Shown piece by piece: positions 20,166-29,181 of a DNA stretch of 64,000 nt (position 1 is the stretch's first letter; every line of letters begins with the position of its first letter). The notes below the pieces were generated by a model. It saw only the letters and a list, made by a program, of their open reading frames with translations. It was not told where the DNA came from and ran no database searches. The stretch covers positions 294 through 64,293 of the forward strand of contig JAAZPQ010000194.1 in NCBI GenBank assembly GCA_012797175.1. Direction: 5' to 3'. This stretch comes from Bacillota bacterium. GTDB lineage: Bacteria > Bacillota > Dethiobacteria > DTU022. The position numbers and the translations under genes are program-made.

Positions 20166-21266
20166 ATGAAACGATTTGGCTGGATCTGCTTAATAGCTTT
20201 GTTAATTACGGCTTTACTGCTGGGTTTTTGGAACCGGGATTTGCTCATGGGTTATCTAAATTGTTTTAACGGCGAAATGGATGTAGACGAACCGGCGCCA
20301 AATAATTTGACAGAGGATAGTTCCGCTCCGGGCGGTGGCACGGCAGAACCTGCAGTAACTGACTTAAAAAGCCTGGCCCAGCAGATCACTGTCGGAGCCT
20401 CCAGTGATTATGAAAAGTTGACGGCAATCTATGACTGGGTGACCAATAATATAGCTTACGACGTGGAGAAAGCCAAGAATATGGGGAGCGAGGACTATGA
20501 TTTCGGAGCAGAATATCTTCTAAAAAACAGGAAAGGGGTCTGTCATGATTACGCCGAGCTGACTAGGGCTCTGTTAAAGTCTGTAGGGATCAAAGCTACT
20601 TACGAGAGAGGCGAAGTTCATCCCGCCCCCGGCAAAACAGAACGCCATGCCTGGAACCACGCTTGTATCGGGGAAACCTGGTACGGCCTGGATACAACCT
20701 GGGGCGCCGGTTTTGTTGATGAAAGGAAGGGGATCTTTATCCAGAGGCCGTCGCGCCTTTACCTGACCACACCAGAAAAGCTGGCCCGGTTGCACAGTGA
20801 TCCCGATTACAAAAAGGCCTGCGAAATTGAATGGCAGAGAACCCAGGCTGCGGCAGCGAAGCCCGTCTGCTTGCCTGAACATGAGGCTCGGCTGCTGGAG
20901 CTGTTCAACGAAACGCGGACGGCGGCCGGGCTAGCCCCGTTTAAAAAAGAAACAAGGTTGCAAGATACGGTCAGGCAAAGAGCGGCTGATGCTGCGGTAG
21001 CGGCCTGCCGTGGTGAAGAATATTCTTTAGACGAGTTAAACGCGGAGCTTAAACAAAAAGCTTCGAAGCTGCGCTTATCAAAAGCGGGCCTCTACGTATT
21101 TACACTCTGGGATTACCCTACCCCCACGGCGGAAGAGATCCACCTGCTGATCATATCCCAAGAAGAAACTTTTTTGTATGACGGTATGCTTAAGGCGCTT
21201 ACTGTGGGGGTAATCCGCAGGGGGGATCTGGTTACGGTAGTCCTGGTGGGTCTCTCTTACTACTAA
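20166..21266 (+). CDS. Membrane-anchored transglutaminase-like cysteine protease domain protein with a C-terminal CAP/SCP-like region
   Basis: CHDYAELTRALL...HAWNH...D is the Cys-His-Asp transglutaminase core, with an N-terminal TM segment. The ORF track starts at 20154; ATG 20166 follows GGAGGA. Confidence 0.6.
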   Translation: MKRFGWICLIALLITALLLGFWNRDLLMGYLNCFNGEMDVDEPAPNNLTEDSSAPGGGTAEPAVTDLKSLAQQITVGASSDYEKLTAIYDWVTNNIAYDVEKAKNMGSEDYDFGAEYLLKNRKGVCHDYAELTRALLKSVGIKATYERGEVHPAPGKTERHAWNHACIGETWYGLDTTWGAGFVDERKGIFIQRPSRLYLTTPEKLARLHSDPDYKKACEIEWQRTQAAAAKPVCLPEHEARLLELFNETRTAAGLAPFKKETRLQDTVRQRAADAAVAACRGEEYSLDELNAELKQKASKLRLSKAGLYVFTLWDYPTPTAEEIHLLIISQEETFLYDGMLKALTVGVIRRGDLVTVVLVGLSYY

Positions 21267-21439
21267 ATTTAAAGTAGCCACTAAACGGTATCTAAAAAGT
21301 GTTTTCAAAAACCGGGGCGTAACGAGGGCAGCGGCTACCCTTCTGCCGCCGCCCGGTACAGAGAGGGCCCTCTTGTTTTGGCAATTTTACGTAAAAGGCA
21401 TACTGCCTGCTTAAACACATATAATGCAACAGCAGGAGC

Positions 21440-21709
21440 TTAGCCGGCTACGTTTTGGTTAAATAATCGGGTCAGGCGAGACTTTTTTCTGGCGGCGGTA
21501 TTTTTATGAATAACTCCCTTGGCCACGGCCCGATCAATCTGGCGGACAGCTTTGATTAACTTGTCCCGGGCAAGTTCGCGATCACCGCTCTGGAGCGCCT
21601 CTTCAAAACGGCGGATGGCGGTTTTAACCATGCTTTTGATGCGGCGGTTACGGGCGGTCCGTTTGCTCGTCTGCCGCATTCTTTTTTCAGCTGATCTGGT
21701 AACAGGCAA
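21440..21709 (-). CDS. rpsT: 30S ribosomal protein S20
   Basis: MPVTRSAEKRMRQTSKRTARNRRIKS..., basic and 89 aa; the classical S20 N-terminus. Confidence 0.9.
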   Translation of the reverse strand: MPVTRSAEKRMRQTSKRTARNRRIKSMVKTAIRRFEEALQSGDRELARDKLIKAVRQIDRAVAKGVIHKNTAARKKSRLTRLFNQNVAG

Positions 21710-21900
21710 ACCCGACTCCCTCCTTCCTCTCTACCAAGCATTAAAATATTACCATCTATCGCGCTGAAAAGCAAGCCTTGAAACGTCAATTTCCGGCTCC
21801 TGTGCATAGAGCAAAAATTTATTGGTTATGCTAAATTTGCAGCTAGAGGAGCTTTATAAGGCTGCAGAAGAGGAATCAATTTAAGGAAGGAGGTTTTCCA

Positions 21901-22227
21901 ATGCTGGGTTTGCTCGTTCGTTTGGTTGTATCGGCGGTTGTACTAATGCTGGTAAGCTGGCTTCTGCCGGGGTTTGCCACCCTTACCTTCGTGCATGCCC
22001 TGATCGCCGCGGTGGTGATCTCTCTGCTCGGCTTTATCGTCGAAAGCCTGTTTGGAGGCAAGATCTCGCCGCAAAACCGTGGTTTGGTCGGTTTTATTAC
22101 CGCGACGATAGTTATTTACGTCGCCCAGTTTATTATTCCCGGCATGACCGTCTCTTTTCTCGGTGCCGCGCTCGCCGCGGTAATCATCGGTATTGTTGAC
22201 CTTTTTGTCCCTACCGAATTACGATAG
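21901..22227 (+). CDS. Small membrane protein, phage-holin-4_2/DUF360 family
   Basis: 108 aa with three predicted TM helices, MLGLLVRLVVSAVVLMLVSWLLPGF. Confidence 0.5.
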   Translation: MLGLLVRLVVSAVVLMLVSWLLPGFATLTFVHALIAAVVISLLGFIVESLFGGKISPQNRGLVGFITATIVIYVAQFIIPGMTVSFLGAALAAVIIGIVDLFVPTELR

Positions 22228-22245
22228 TTAAGAAGGAGCAGAGCG

Positions 22246-23283
22246 ATGTCTTCTCAACCGGAGCAGAACGCGGGTTTTGTACCTCTTTACAATGTCAGAA
22301 CCGATCTGGCTCTTGAAGCGCAGGAGATTGTTCAGCAACAGATCGCGGCGGAGATACACGGTGTGGTTTCGGAAAACCTTCAGGAAGACGGTATTGCAAT
22401 TAACCGTCTTGAAATCGAAACCGAACAGGCGGCACAGCAGTTGGGTAAAAGCCGGGGCCGCTATCTCACCTTTGAAGTTCCCGGACTACGGCGTAAAGAT
22501 GCCGCCCTCCAAGACCGCGTTTCTGAAATCCTGGCTCGTGAGCTGGTACGCTTTTTGGAACTCCCGTCCGATCTCCAGCAGGCCGTTCTGGTAGTCGGTT
22601 TGGGGAACTGGAATGTGACCCCGGATTCTCTTGGCCCGAAGGTAATTGAAGATCTTTTGGTGACGCGGCACGCGATGATGATGGACCAAAAGATTTTAGG
22701 AGAAGGTTTCCGGGCGGTCTGTGCGCTCTCTCCGGGTGTTCTAGGGACTACCGGAATTGAAACAGGAGAGATCATTGCCGCCCTTGTCCAACGGGTTAAA
22801 CCCGGCCTTGTAATCGTAATCGATGCCCTGGCTGCCCGCCGCCTGGAGCGGCTCCATACGACCATCCAGGTGACCGATTCGGGGATCAGCCCCGGTTCGG
22901 GAGTAGGTAACAACCGCCTCGGGATCAACCGCCAGACAATCGGGGTCCCGGTAGTGGCGATCGGTGTCCCAACGGTCGTGGATGCCTCGACGATTGCCGG
23001 CGAAGCCTTTGATGCCTTGGCGGAGCATTTCAAAAAAGAGCCCCGGGGGTTTGCTCTCTCCAATGCGCTTAAAGATTTAGATTGGGATCAGCGTCGCCTT
23101 CTCATCACCGAGGTGCTCGAGCCTTACGCGGGCGGGCGCCTCATGGTCACGCCAAAGGAAACTGATGCTTTCGTCGAGGACATGGCTTATATCATATCGG
23201 GAGGGCTTAATTCAGCCCTTCACCCTCGCGTCCATAGTGAAAGCAGCGAAAAATACCTCGCGGCAGCAATGTGGCGGTTATAA
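22246..23283 (+). CDS. gpr: Germination protease Gpr, the small acid-soluble spore protein (SASP)-degrading endopeptidase
   Basis: VRTDLALE...VVGLGNWNVTPDSLGP...IDALAAR...SDSGISPGSGVGN is near-identical in its motifs to Bacillus Gpr. The rpsT-gpr neighbourhood is conserved. Confidence 0.9.
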   Translation: MSSQPEQNAGFVPLYNVRTDLALEAQEIVQQQIAAEIHGVVSENLQEDGIAINRLEIETEQAAQQLGKSRGRYLTFEVPGLRRKDAALQDRVSEILARELVRFLELPSDLQQAVLVVGLGNWNVTPDSLGPKVIEDLLVTRHAMMMDQKILGEGFRAVCALSPGVLGTTGIETGEIIAALVQRVKPGLVIVIDALAARRLERLHTTIQVTDSGISPGSGVGNNRLGINRQTIGVPVVAIGVPTVVDASTIAGEAFDALAEHFKKEPRGFALSNALKDLDWDQRRLLITEVLEPYAGGRLMVTPKETDAFVEDMAYIISGGLNSALHPRVHSESSEKYLAAAMWRL

Positions 23284-23402
23284 AGCAATTAAAGTATAAG
23301 AACAATCCGGGTTTGGCCTTCAAGAAGTACGGTCGTGGAAGCTTCGTCGATTGCCGTCAAAACCGTTGATGCCCTGGTAGCGGCATTTACTTACTCCTGG
23401 TT

Positions 23403-24500
23403 TCAATAAGGGAGCAGAGTTTTATCTCCCAGGCGGGACCGGTCTACCTGATCGACCAGCTCTTCAGGGACCACCACCGTACCGGGGTCTCCGTCGGAGA
23501 TATAGCATTTTGCGTGCTCTTCGCAAAGCCGTTCCAGCCAGTCGTATAGCCCCATCCCGCCGGTCTCCATCTCGCTGGCTCGCACTCGGGGCAACGCTGC
23601 CGGATTAAAATTTAAACTGAAGGGGGAAGGCGCAGGATTAGCTCCGACCAGGAGAACCCCTTCGTTGCAGTAGGTGGTTCCTTCAAAACTTCCTTCAAGA
23701 ATATAGCTCATCTTTTCAGGATATTCGCCGAAGGGGAGAGCCAGGCTGCGGACCGTGTAACCGGGAAGATATTCCTGCGTTCGCTTCACATGCAGGGCCA
23801 GCTCGCGGCGGGCCTGATCTGGGGAGAGGCGGCGTAGATTGCCGTGTGTATAGCAGTGGTTGCCGATCTCAAAACCTTTTTCGATGAGGTAGGAAAGCTT
23901 CTGTTGAACATATTCATTCTGCCCAAACGGAGTTTCGTAAAAGATATAGAAAGTTGCCGCCAGGCCGAAATCGGGGTGAGCGGCGTAAAATTCTTCGAGA
24001 ATACTGACGGCGCAATCAGGGTCGATCACTTGAGCGCCCTTTTGTTCCAAGTAGCGAAACTGGCCGGCCTTGCCGTCGTCGAAGGTGAGCACTACTGGGG
24101 AGCATCCCGCGGGGATATCAATATGGCCGTCGAGCAGCTCGTTCATCGAGATAAGGCGGTAGCCTGCCGCGTAGAGTGTCTCCAGGTCTTTGCGGAAATT
24201 GGCGGGGGTACGGCACCAGGTATCTTCAGGTTCCCCGATTTCATGGTACATCAAGATCATAATCTGTCCCATCTCGTTCACGCCAAGAGCCTGGTAATCG
24301 ATCTCTTCTCCCGGGTTTCCGGGGGTATCCTGATCTTCGTTTCCTCGATTTTCGTTTGCTCCTTCGTCTGTTTCTACGGTATTCCCTTCATAGCTACAAG
24401 ATATCATCAGCGTGATTACAAGTAACAGCACAACTGAGAGAAGCACCGCTTGAATCCTCTGTTTTTGCCGCCAGGATCGTATTTTTTTAAACATCGCCAC
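23403..24500 (-). CDS. Polysaccharide deacetylase (NodB-homology) family protein, membrane-anchored
   Basis: VLTFDDG and NHCYTH motifs, with an N-terminal TM or signal sequence. Confidence 0.7.
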   Translation of the reverse strand: MAMFKKIRSWRQKQRIQAVLLSVVLLLVITLMISCSYEGNTVETDEGANENRGNEDQDTPGNPGEEIDYQALGVNEMGQIMILMYHEIGEPEDTWCRTPANFRKDLETLYAAGYRLISMNELLDGHIDIPAGCSPVVLTFDDGKAGQFRYLEQKGAQVIDPDCAVSILEEFYAAHPDFGLAATFYIFYETPFGQNEYVQQKLSYLIEKGFEIGNHCYTHGNLRRLSPDQARRELALHVKRTQEYLPGYTVRSLALPFGEYPEKMSYILEGSFEGTTYCNEGVLLVGANPAPSPFSLNFNPAALPRVRASEMETGGMGLYDWLERLCEEHAKCYISDGDPGTVVVPEELVDQVDRSRLGDKTLLPY

Positions 24501-24722
24501 CCCGCCTGCTGCAAATTTCCTACAGACAATTTTCGACAGGTTATGAGCTTGCTCCTGCCGATCTAAAAAATACCAGGCTCCGAATAGAGCCGGCTGGTAA
24601 GAGGAAAATAAAAACAGGCAGAGAATGAGGAAAAGGTAATGGTTCCAAATAAAGCCGGGCAGGAGAGGCGGAAGATCCCATTTGTCCCGCTTTGTTCTGT
24701 TACGGCAGATGAGGTGAGGTTA

Positions 24723-26321
24723 ATGAAGGTGTTAACTGCCGCGGCTATGCGCGAGGCTGACCGGCGGACAATTGAGGAGCTCGGTCTTCCCGGGGCTGTT
24801 TTAATGGAGAGCGCCGGGATGAGAGTGGTCGAGGTGATCTTATCCCTTCAGCCTGTTCCGGCGCAGGTACTGGTCGCTGCGGGGCCGGGGAACAATGGGG
24901 GGGATGGGCTGGTTGTAGCCCGCTTGCTGCAGCAGGCGGGGCTGGCAGTCTCACTCTGGACCACGGTCCCGCCGGGAGGCTATCGCGGCGATGCCGCGAT
25001 CAACTATCAATTTTTAATGCATAGAGGGTTTGCGGTCAAGCATATATTAGACTATGCGGCGTTGGAGCAGTTTCAAGCCGATCTGGCCGAAGCCGATCTG
25101 GTGGTTGATGCCCTCTTCGGCATCGGCCTGGACCGGCCGGTCCAGGGGCTGCCCGCCGAAATAATCGAGGTAATTAACGCCAGCGGGACCCCGGTTGTGG
25201 CGGTCGATCTCCCTTCGGGGATCCGGGCCGACAGCGGAGAGATAATGGGTGTTGCCGTGAAGGCACACTGGACAGTCACCTTTGCCTTTCCGAAACCGGG
25301 ACTGCTGCAGCATCCAGGTGCGGCCCTGGCCGGCGAGCTCATGGTCGGGGAGATCAATATCCCTTCTTTTCTCGCGGCGGAAGAGCAGGCTGCGGTGACT
25401 ACGGGAGAGTATGTTCGGGAGCTGCTTCCGCCACGCCCCCCGGAATCGCATAAAGGGAGCTTCGGCCGGGTGCTGATCACCGCCGGCTCGACAGGGATGA
25501 GCGGTGCCGCGGCCTTGGCCTCCGCCGCGGCGCTGCGCGGCGGCGCCGGGCTGGTCTACCTAGCTGCCCCGGCCTCGATCTGCCCCGCACTGGAGACGCA
25601 GCTGTGCGAGGTGATTACCATCCCTCTTCCGGAGTGCGCACCCGGGTTAATAGATCCGGGGGCGTCGGAGTTGCTTCTCAAGAAGGCCAGCGGCTGCGAT
25701 GTGCTGGCGGTGGGGCCTGGCCTGGCGCCGGTGCAGGAGAACGCCTCTCTTCTCAAGCAGCTGCTCCGGCACTGCTCTCTTCCGGTGGTGCTCGATGCGG
25801 GAGCGCTGACTTCGCTGGCCTTGCTGCCGGAAACTGAGCGCAGAGCATTGCTGCGCTCGGCAACGCAGACGCCCCTGCTGACCCCTCACCCCGGAGAGAT
25901 GGCCAGCCTGACCGGTCTAAGCCCTGACGAGGTCCAGGGGGGGCGTCCGGAGCTGGCCTGTCGCTTTGCCCGGGAGTGGAGATGCATTCTGGTATTAAAA
26001 GGGGCTGGAACGGTCACCGCTTCTCCCGGTGGAGAGATCTATTTTAACCCCACCGGTGGACCGGCTCTGGCCACGGCGGGGACAGGAGATCTGCTCACCG
26101 GTCTGATCGCCTCGCTAATTGCCCAGGGCATGGCGCCTTTTGATGCCGCCGTGGCGGCGGCCTATATTCACGGCCTGGCGGGAGACCTGCTTCCGGAAGG
26201 GCGCGGCTCGATAGCAGGGGAGGTCCTGGCCCGCTTTCCGGCGGCATTTCGACGTCTCGATGGGGAAAGCAAGGCTCCTTCTCCCTGGGGCCCGTTTCAT
26301 CGTCAGCTCAGGCCGGTCTAA
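24723..26321 (+). CDS. nnr: Bifunctional NAD(P)H-hydrate repair enzyme Nnr (YjeF-N epimerase plus YjeF-C ADP-dependent dehydratase)
   Basis: MKVLTAAAMREADRRTIEELG is the YjeF_N start, with a C-terminal carbohydrate-kinase-like domain. The ORF track starts at 24639; GAGGTGAGG precedes ATG 24723. Confidence 0.8.
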   Translation: MKVLTAAAMREADRRTIEELGLPGAVLMESAGMRVVEVILSLQPVPAQVLVAAGPGNNGGDGLVVARLLQQAGLAVSLWTTVPPGGYRGDAAINYQFLMHRGFAVKHILDYAALEQFQADLAEADLVVDALFGIGLDRPVQGLPAEIIEVINASGTPVVAVDLPSGIRADSGEIMGVAVKAHWTVTFAFPKPGLLQHPGAALAGELMVGEINIPSFLAAEEQAAVTTGEYVRELLPPRPPESHKGSFGRVLITAGSTGMSGAAALASAAALRGGAGLVYLAAPASICPALETQLCEVITIPLPECAPGLIDPGASELLLKKASGCDVLAVGPGLAPVQENASLLKQLLRHCSLPVVLDAGALTSLALLPETERRALLRSATQTPLLTPHPGEMASLTGLSPDEVQGGRPELACRFAREWRCILVLKGAGTVTASPGGEIYFNPTGGPALATAGTGDLLTGLIASLIAQGMAPFDAAVAAAYIHGLAGDLLPEGRGSIAGEVLARFPAAFRRLDGESKAPSPWGPFHRQLRPV

Positions 26322-26351
26322 CACAGATCTCGTTTGCAAGGAGGTAGCCGT

Positions 26352-27095
26352 TTGCAGGCAAAAGAGGCTTCCGGGGGAATATTCCTGGTGTTCCGCTTGC
26401 CGCTGCTGATTTTACTGTTGCTGGGTTTTCTTTTCGGCTTAAGCTTTGGCGGCTGGTATTTCTACCATCATTACCGCAACGCTGATCCGGCAGAAAAGAT
26501 CCGGCAGCGGATGCAGGATCATATTGCCAGCTTGGAGAGCTATCATGCCCGTTTCAAGACAATACCTCTTGGTCAAGCGAATGAGCTTACATATAGTGTA
26601 GAGATCTGGAAAGAGCTGCCCGATCGTTACCGTGTTGAAATGATTACTTTCGAAGGAGGGCGGCAGAGCAACCTGCAGGTGATTATCGGTGACCGGGACC
26701 GGGTTTATCTCTATGATCAGGAAAGCGCTGATTTTATCCCTGCCGCTGATCTGGCTGAAGCAGAGATTACCGGCAGGTTCCTCGAGGATTACTGGCGCTC
26801 GATCAGTGAAGCCTCCTCTTTCAGTTATATCAGTGAAGAACGCGGCTCGCGGCATCACTACTACCAGGTTGAAATAATTCCCTCCGAACCACACCGCTAC
26901 AGGGTTTGTGAACGTGTCTGGCTGGAACAGGGCTCTTTTTTGCCGGTGCGCATTGAAAGTTTCGATGTAGCCGGCCGCCTCACCCAGGTGACCGTGTTTG
27001 AGCTGCTTCAGCTAAATCCTTTACTGGAAGCAGCCCTGTTTCAGGTTGAAGCGGATCCTTCCGTCGCTTCGGGCCCGGAACCGCCGGGCAAGTAG
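26352..27095 (+). CDS. Membrane-anchored LolA-like/DUF4367 protein (B. subtilis YdcC-like)
   Basis: N-terminal TM anchor followed by a beta-rich domain resembling LolA-like lipoprotein carrier folds. Start uncertain (26334, 26352 or 26388). Confidence 0.4.
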   Translation: MQAKEASGGIFLVFRLPLLILLLLGFLFGLSFGGWYFYHHYRNADPAEKIRQRMQDHIASLESYHARFKTIPLGQANELTYSVEIWKELPDRYRVEMITFEGGRQSNLQVIIGDRDRVYLYDQESADFIPAADLAEAEITGRFLEDYWRSISEASSFSYISEERGSRHHYYQVEIIPSEPHRYRVCERVWLEQGSFLPVRIESFDVAGRLTQVTVFELLQLNPLLEAALFQVEADPSVASGPEPPGK

Positions 27096-27119
27096 TAAGG
27101 GCTTTAAGAGCCATCTCTT

Positions 27120-28097
27120 TTATCCGCTGGTGATCTGGCGGTAGAGGCCAGCGGTTTGCTCGGCGATTAGCCGCAGATCGCAATTTTCACGGATGAATCG
27201 GCGATTCTGCTGTTGCAAAGATTCAAGAAGAGGACGATCTTTCAGCAACGTGGAGAGATCGAAGAAGATGGAACGATAACACGGCGGCTCATCTCCTTCA
27301 CCGGAGAGATCCGGAAATGAAAGAGCTGCCGGATACTGCCGCGAGTTAAAGATACCATTGTAGCTGCGGCCCATGATCAGGGCGGCATTACCACAGGCCA
27401 TTCCCTCGAGCAGGCCCCGGTAGCGTCCGATAACAACTTGCGATCTCCCGAGTACCGCAGAGCTGTTGAGTAGCCAGCCATAATAGCGACCCTTTAGTAG
27501 TGGAAGTGGCTGTGGGCAGATCAGCTCCAGATCAAGATTGGCCAGGCCCGTAGCTTTAAGCAGCGCCGCGCTGCCTTCGCCGGTAGAGCCGCCTTCTTCT
27601 AAAATAAAAGCAATTTTAAAGCCTTCTTTAGGCATTGGCCGGTAGGCCTGCAGATCGATTCCTTCCGGGATAAAGAAGGTCTTCGATTGTAGCCGGGCGG
27701 GGATTCCTCTGACCACTGGGTACGGTGTAATCAGAAAAGAGAGGCCGGGCAGTGACGAGAGGTTGATTGCCGGGGGCAGCTGATCGTGCAGGGTGATCCC
27801 GCAGGGGATTGGCCATGAGCGGAGAAGCCTCTGCGTGGTATTGATTAAAGAGAGGTCGTGAAGGTGCAACAGCTCTATACGGAAATAACGGATCAGCCTT
27901 ATGATCTCCTCCGGCCGACTTTCAGTGAAACAGGGAAAATGCCGCTGATAGTGGCGCAGCTGGTCCCGGTAACTGACAGGACAATCTGTGATCACCACTA
28001 TGGTTTTAACGTCCTGCCGGTTTAACTCTGCGGCCAGGCTAAAGATATGGTTCAGGGCCCTGCAATAGCGAAAGCGGCTTAACATTAAAATGCGCAA
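27120..28097 (-). CDS. Glycosyltransferase group-1-like protein (uncertain)
   Basis: The N-terminus MRILML and the C-terminal GLLEGMACGNAALIMG resemble the GT1/GT4 E-x7-E region; otherwise divergent. Confidence 0.35.
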   Translation of the reverse strand: MRILMLSRFRYCRALNHIFSLAAELNRQDVKTIVVITDCPVSYRDQLRHYQRHFPCFTESRPEEIIRLIRYFRIELLHLHDLSLINTTQRLLRSWPIPCGITLHDQLPPAINLSSLPGLSFLITPYPVVRGIPARLQSKTFFIPEGIDLQAYRPMPKEGFKIAFILEEGGSTGEGSAALLKATGLANLDLELICPQPLPLLKGRYYGWLLNSSAVLGRSQVVIGRYRGLLEGMACGNAALIMGRSYNGIFNSRQYPAALSFPDLSGEGDEPPCYRSIFFDLSTLLKDRPLLESLQQQNRRFIRENCDLRLIAEQTAGLYRQITSG

Positions 28098-28201
28098 AAT
28101 AGATCACCCAGAATCAGCATATGATTCCGGATGATGAAAGGTGTATCCGTTTAGCGTTTCTCCTCTTTTGCTTAGCGTTTCCTCTTCTCTTCTGTTGAAC
28201 T

Positions 28202-29041
28202 CTAGCGGGGTAAAACAAAGATCTGGGTTACCAGGTAGCCCCGACCCGGCAGGTAGATTACACCAACCCCGGTCCGGGTATAATGGGGATTGGTAATCTT
28301 GTTCCGGTGTCCCGGGCTGTTCATGAAGGCATTAAAGATTGCTTGTATGCTTCCGCCAATGCCGATATTTTCCGCGGCCAAGGAGAAATTTACTCCCGCA
28401 GCTCTAAGCATATCTCCGGAACGGCCGTAGGTAGGAGATTCATGCGCAAAATAGTGGTAATCAATCATATCCTGGCTTTTTAAGCGGGCCAGCCGGGTCA
28501 ACTGGGCGTTCAGCTGTAACGGGGCCAACCCGCGGCCGGCTCTTTCCCTGTTCACCAGGTCGAGAAGCTGCTGCTCCTGTTGATTTAAAGAGACCGTTTC
28601 TTCACCGGATGACGGTAGTTCAGGGGTAGCCGGCGGGGTAGGGAGCGGCCCGGGTTCCGGTTGTCCGGGGGGAGAGACCGGATCTTCCGGCGGTGCCTGT
28701 AGAGTAGGACCATAAAGACTACCCCGGCTGCCTGAACGGGCCAGGCCGTAAGAGCCGCCGCTGAAAGTATAGCCTGTTGATGAAGGCGGCGAAACCGGCG
28801 TGGTCGGTGCAGGCTCTGCAGGAGCAACCGGCTTTTCAGGCTGCGGAGACGGGAAAGAAGGGGTTGCCGGAAAAGCAAAGTTTTGCGGCTGTGAACTGGT
28901 TATCCCATAACCGGGTATTCTTTCTTGAGCTGAGCGGGCGATCGAAGCGCCGGCAGCAGTGGGGAAGGCCAGTGCCAGAATAAGCAGTGCGGTAAGTACG
29001 AATATCGTTTTGGATTGTCGTGGTCCGGTCATGCCAACCAT
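28202..29041 (-). CDS. Secreted CAP/SCP (YkwD-like) domain protein with a proline-rich linker
   Basis: Signal peptide, Pro/Ser-rich low-complexity region, and the C-terminal CAP motifs GHRNKITNPHYTRTGVGV. Confidence 0.7.
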   Translation of the reverse strand: MVGMTGPRQSKTIFVLTALLILALAFPTAAGASIARSAQERIPGYGITSSQPQNFAFPATPSFPSPQPEKPVAPAEPAPTTPVSPPSSTGYTFSGGSYGLARSGSRGSLYGPTLQAPPEDPVSPPGQPEPGPLPTPPATPELPSSGEETVSLNQQEQQLLDLVNRERAGRGLAPLQLNAQLTRLARLKSQDMIDYHYFAHESPTYGRSGDMLRAAGVNFSLAAENIGIGGSIQAIFNAFMNSPGHRNKITNPHYTRTGVGVIYLPGRGYLVTQIFVLPR

Positions 29042-29181
29042 CCTTTGAAATGTAATTGTTCTTTAATAATTAACCAGCTTTCAATATTATGTCAACACCG
29101 AAGACTTGCTGGCCGTGATTGTCCTACTGTTTTAAGGGGTTCATTATCTTAAAAAACGTTAACACTTAACCGATCTTAGCC

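Noticed and set aside
24639-24722. The upstream extension of nnr (MVPNKAGQERRKIPFVPLCSVTADEVRL).
   Set aside because: GAGGTGAGG sits 5 nt before ATG 24723, and the YjeF_N domain starts right there. The extension has no homology.
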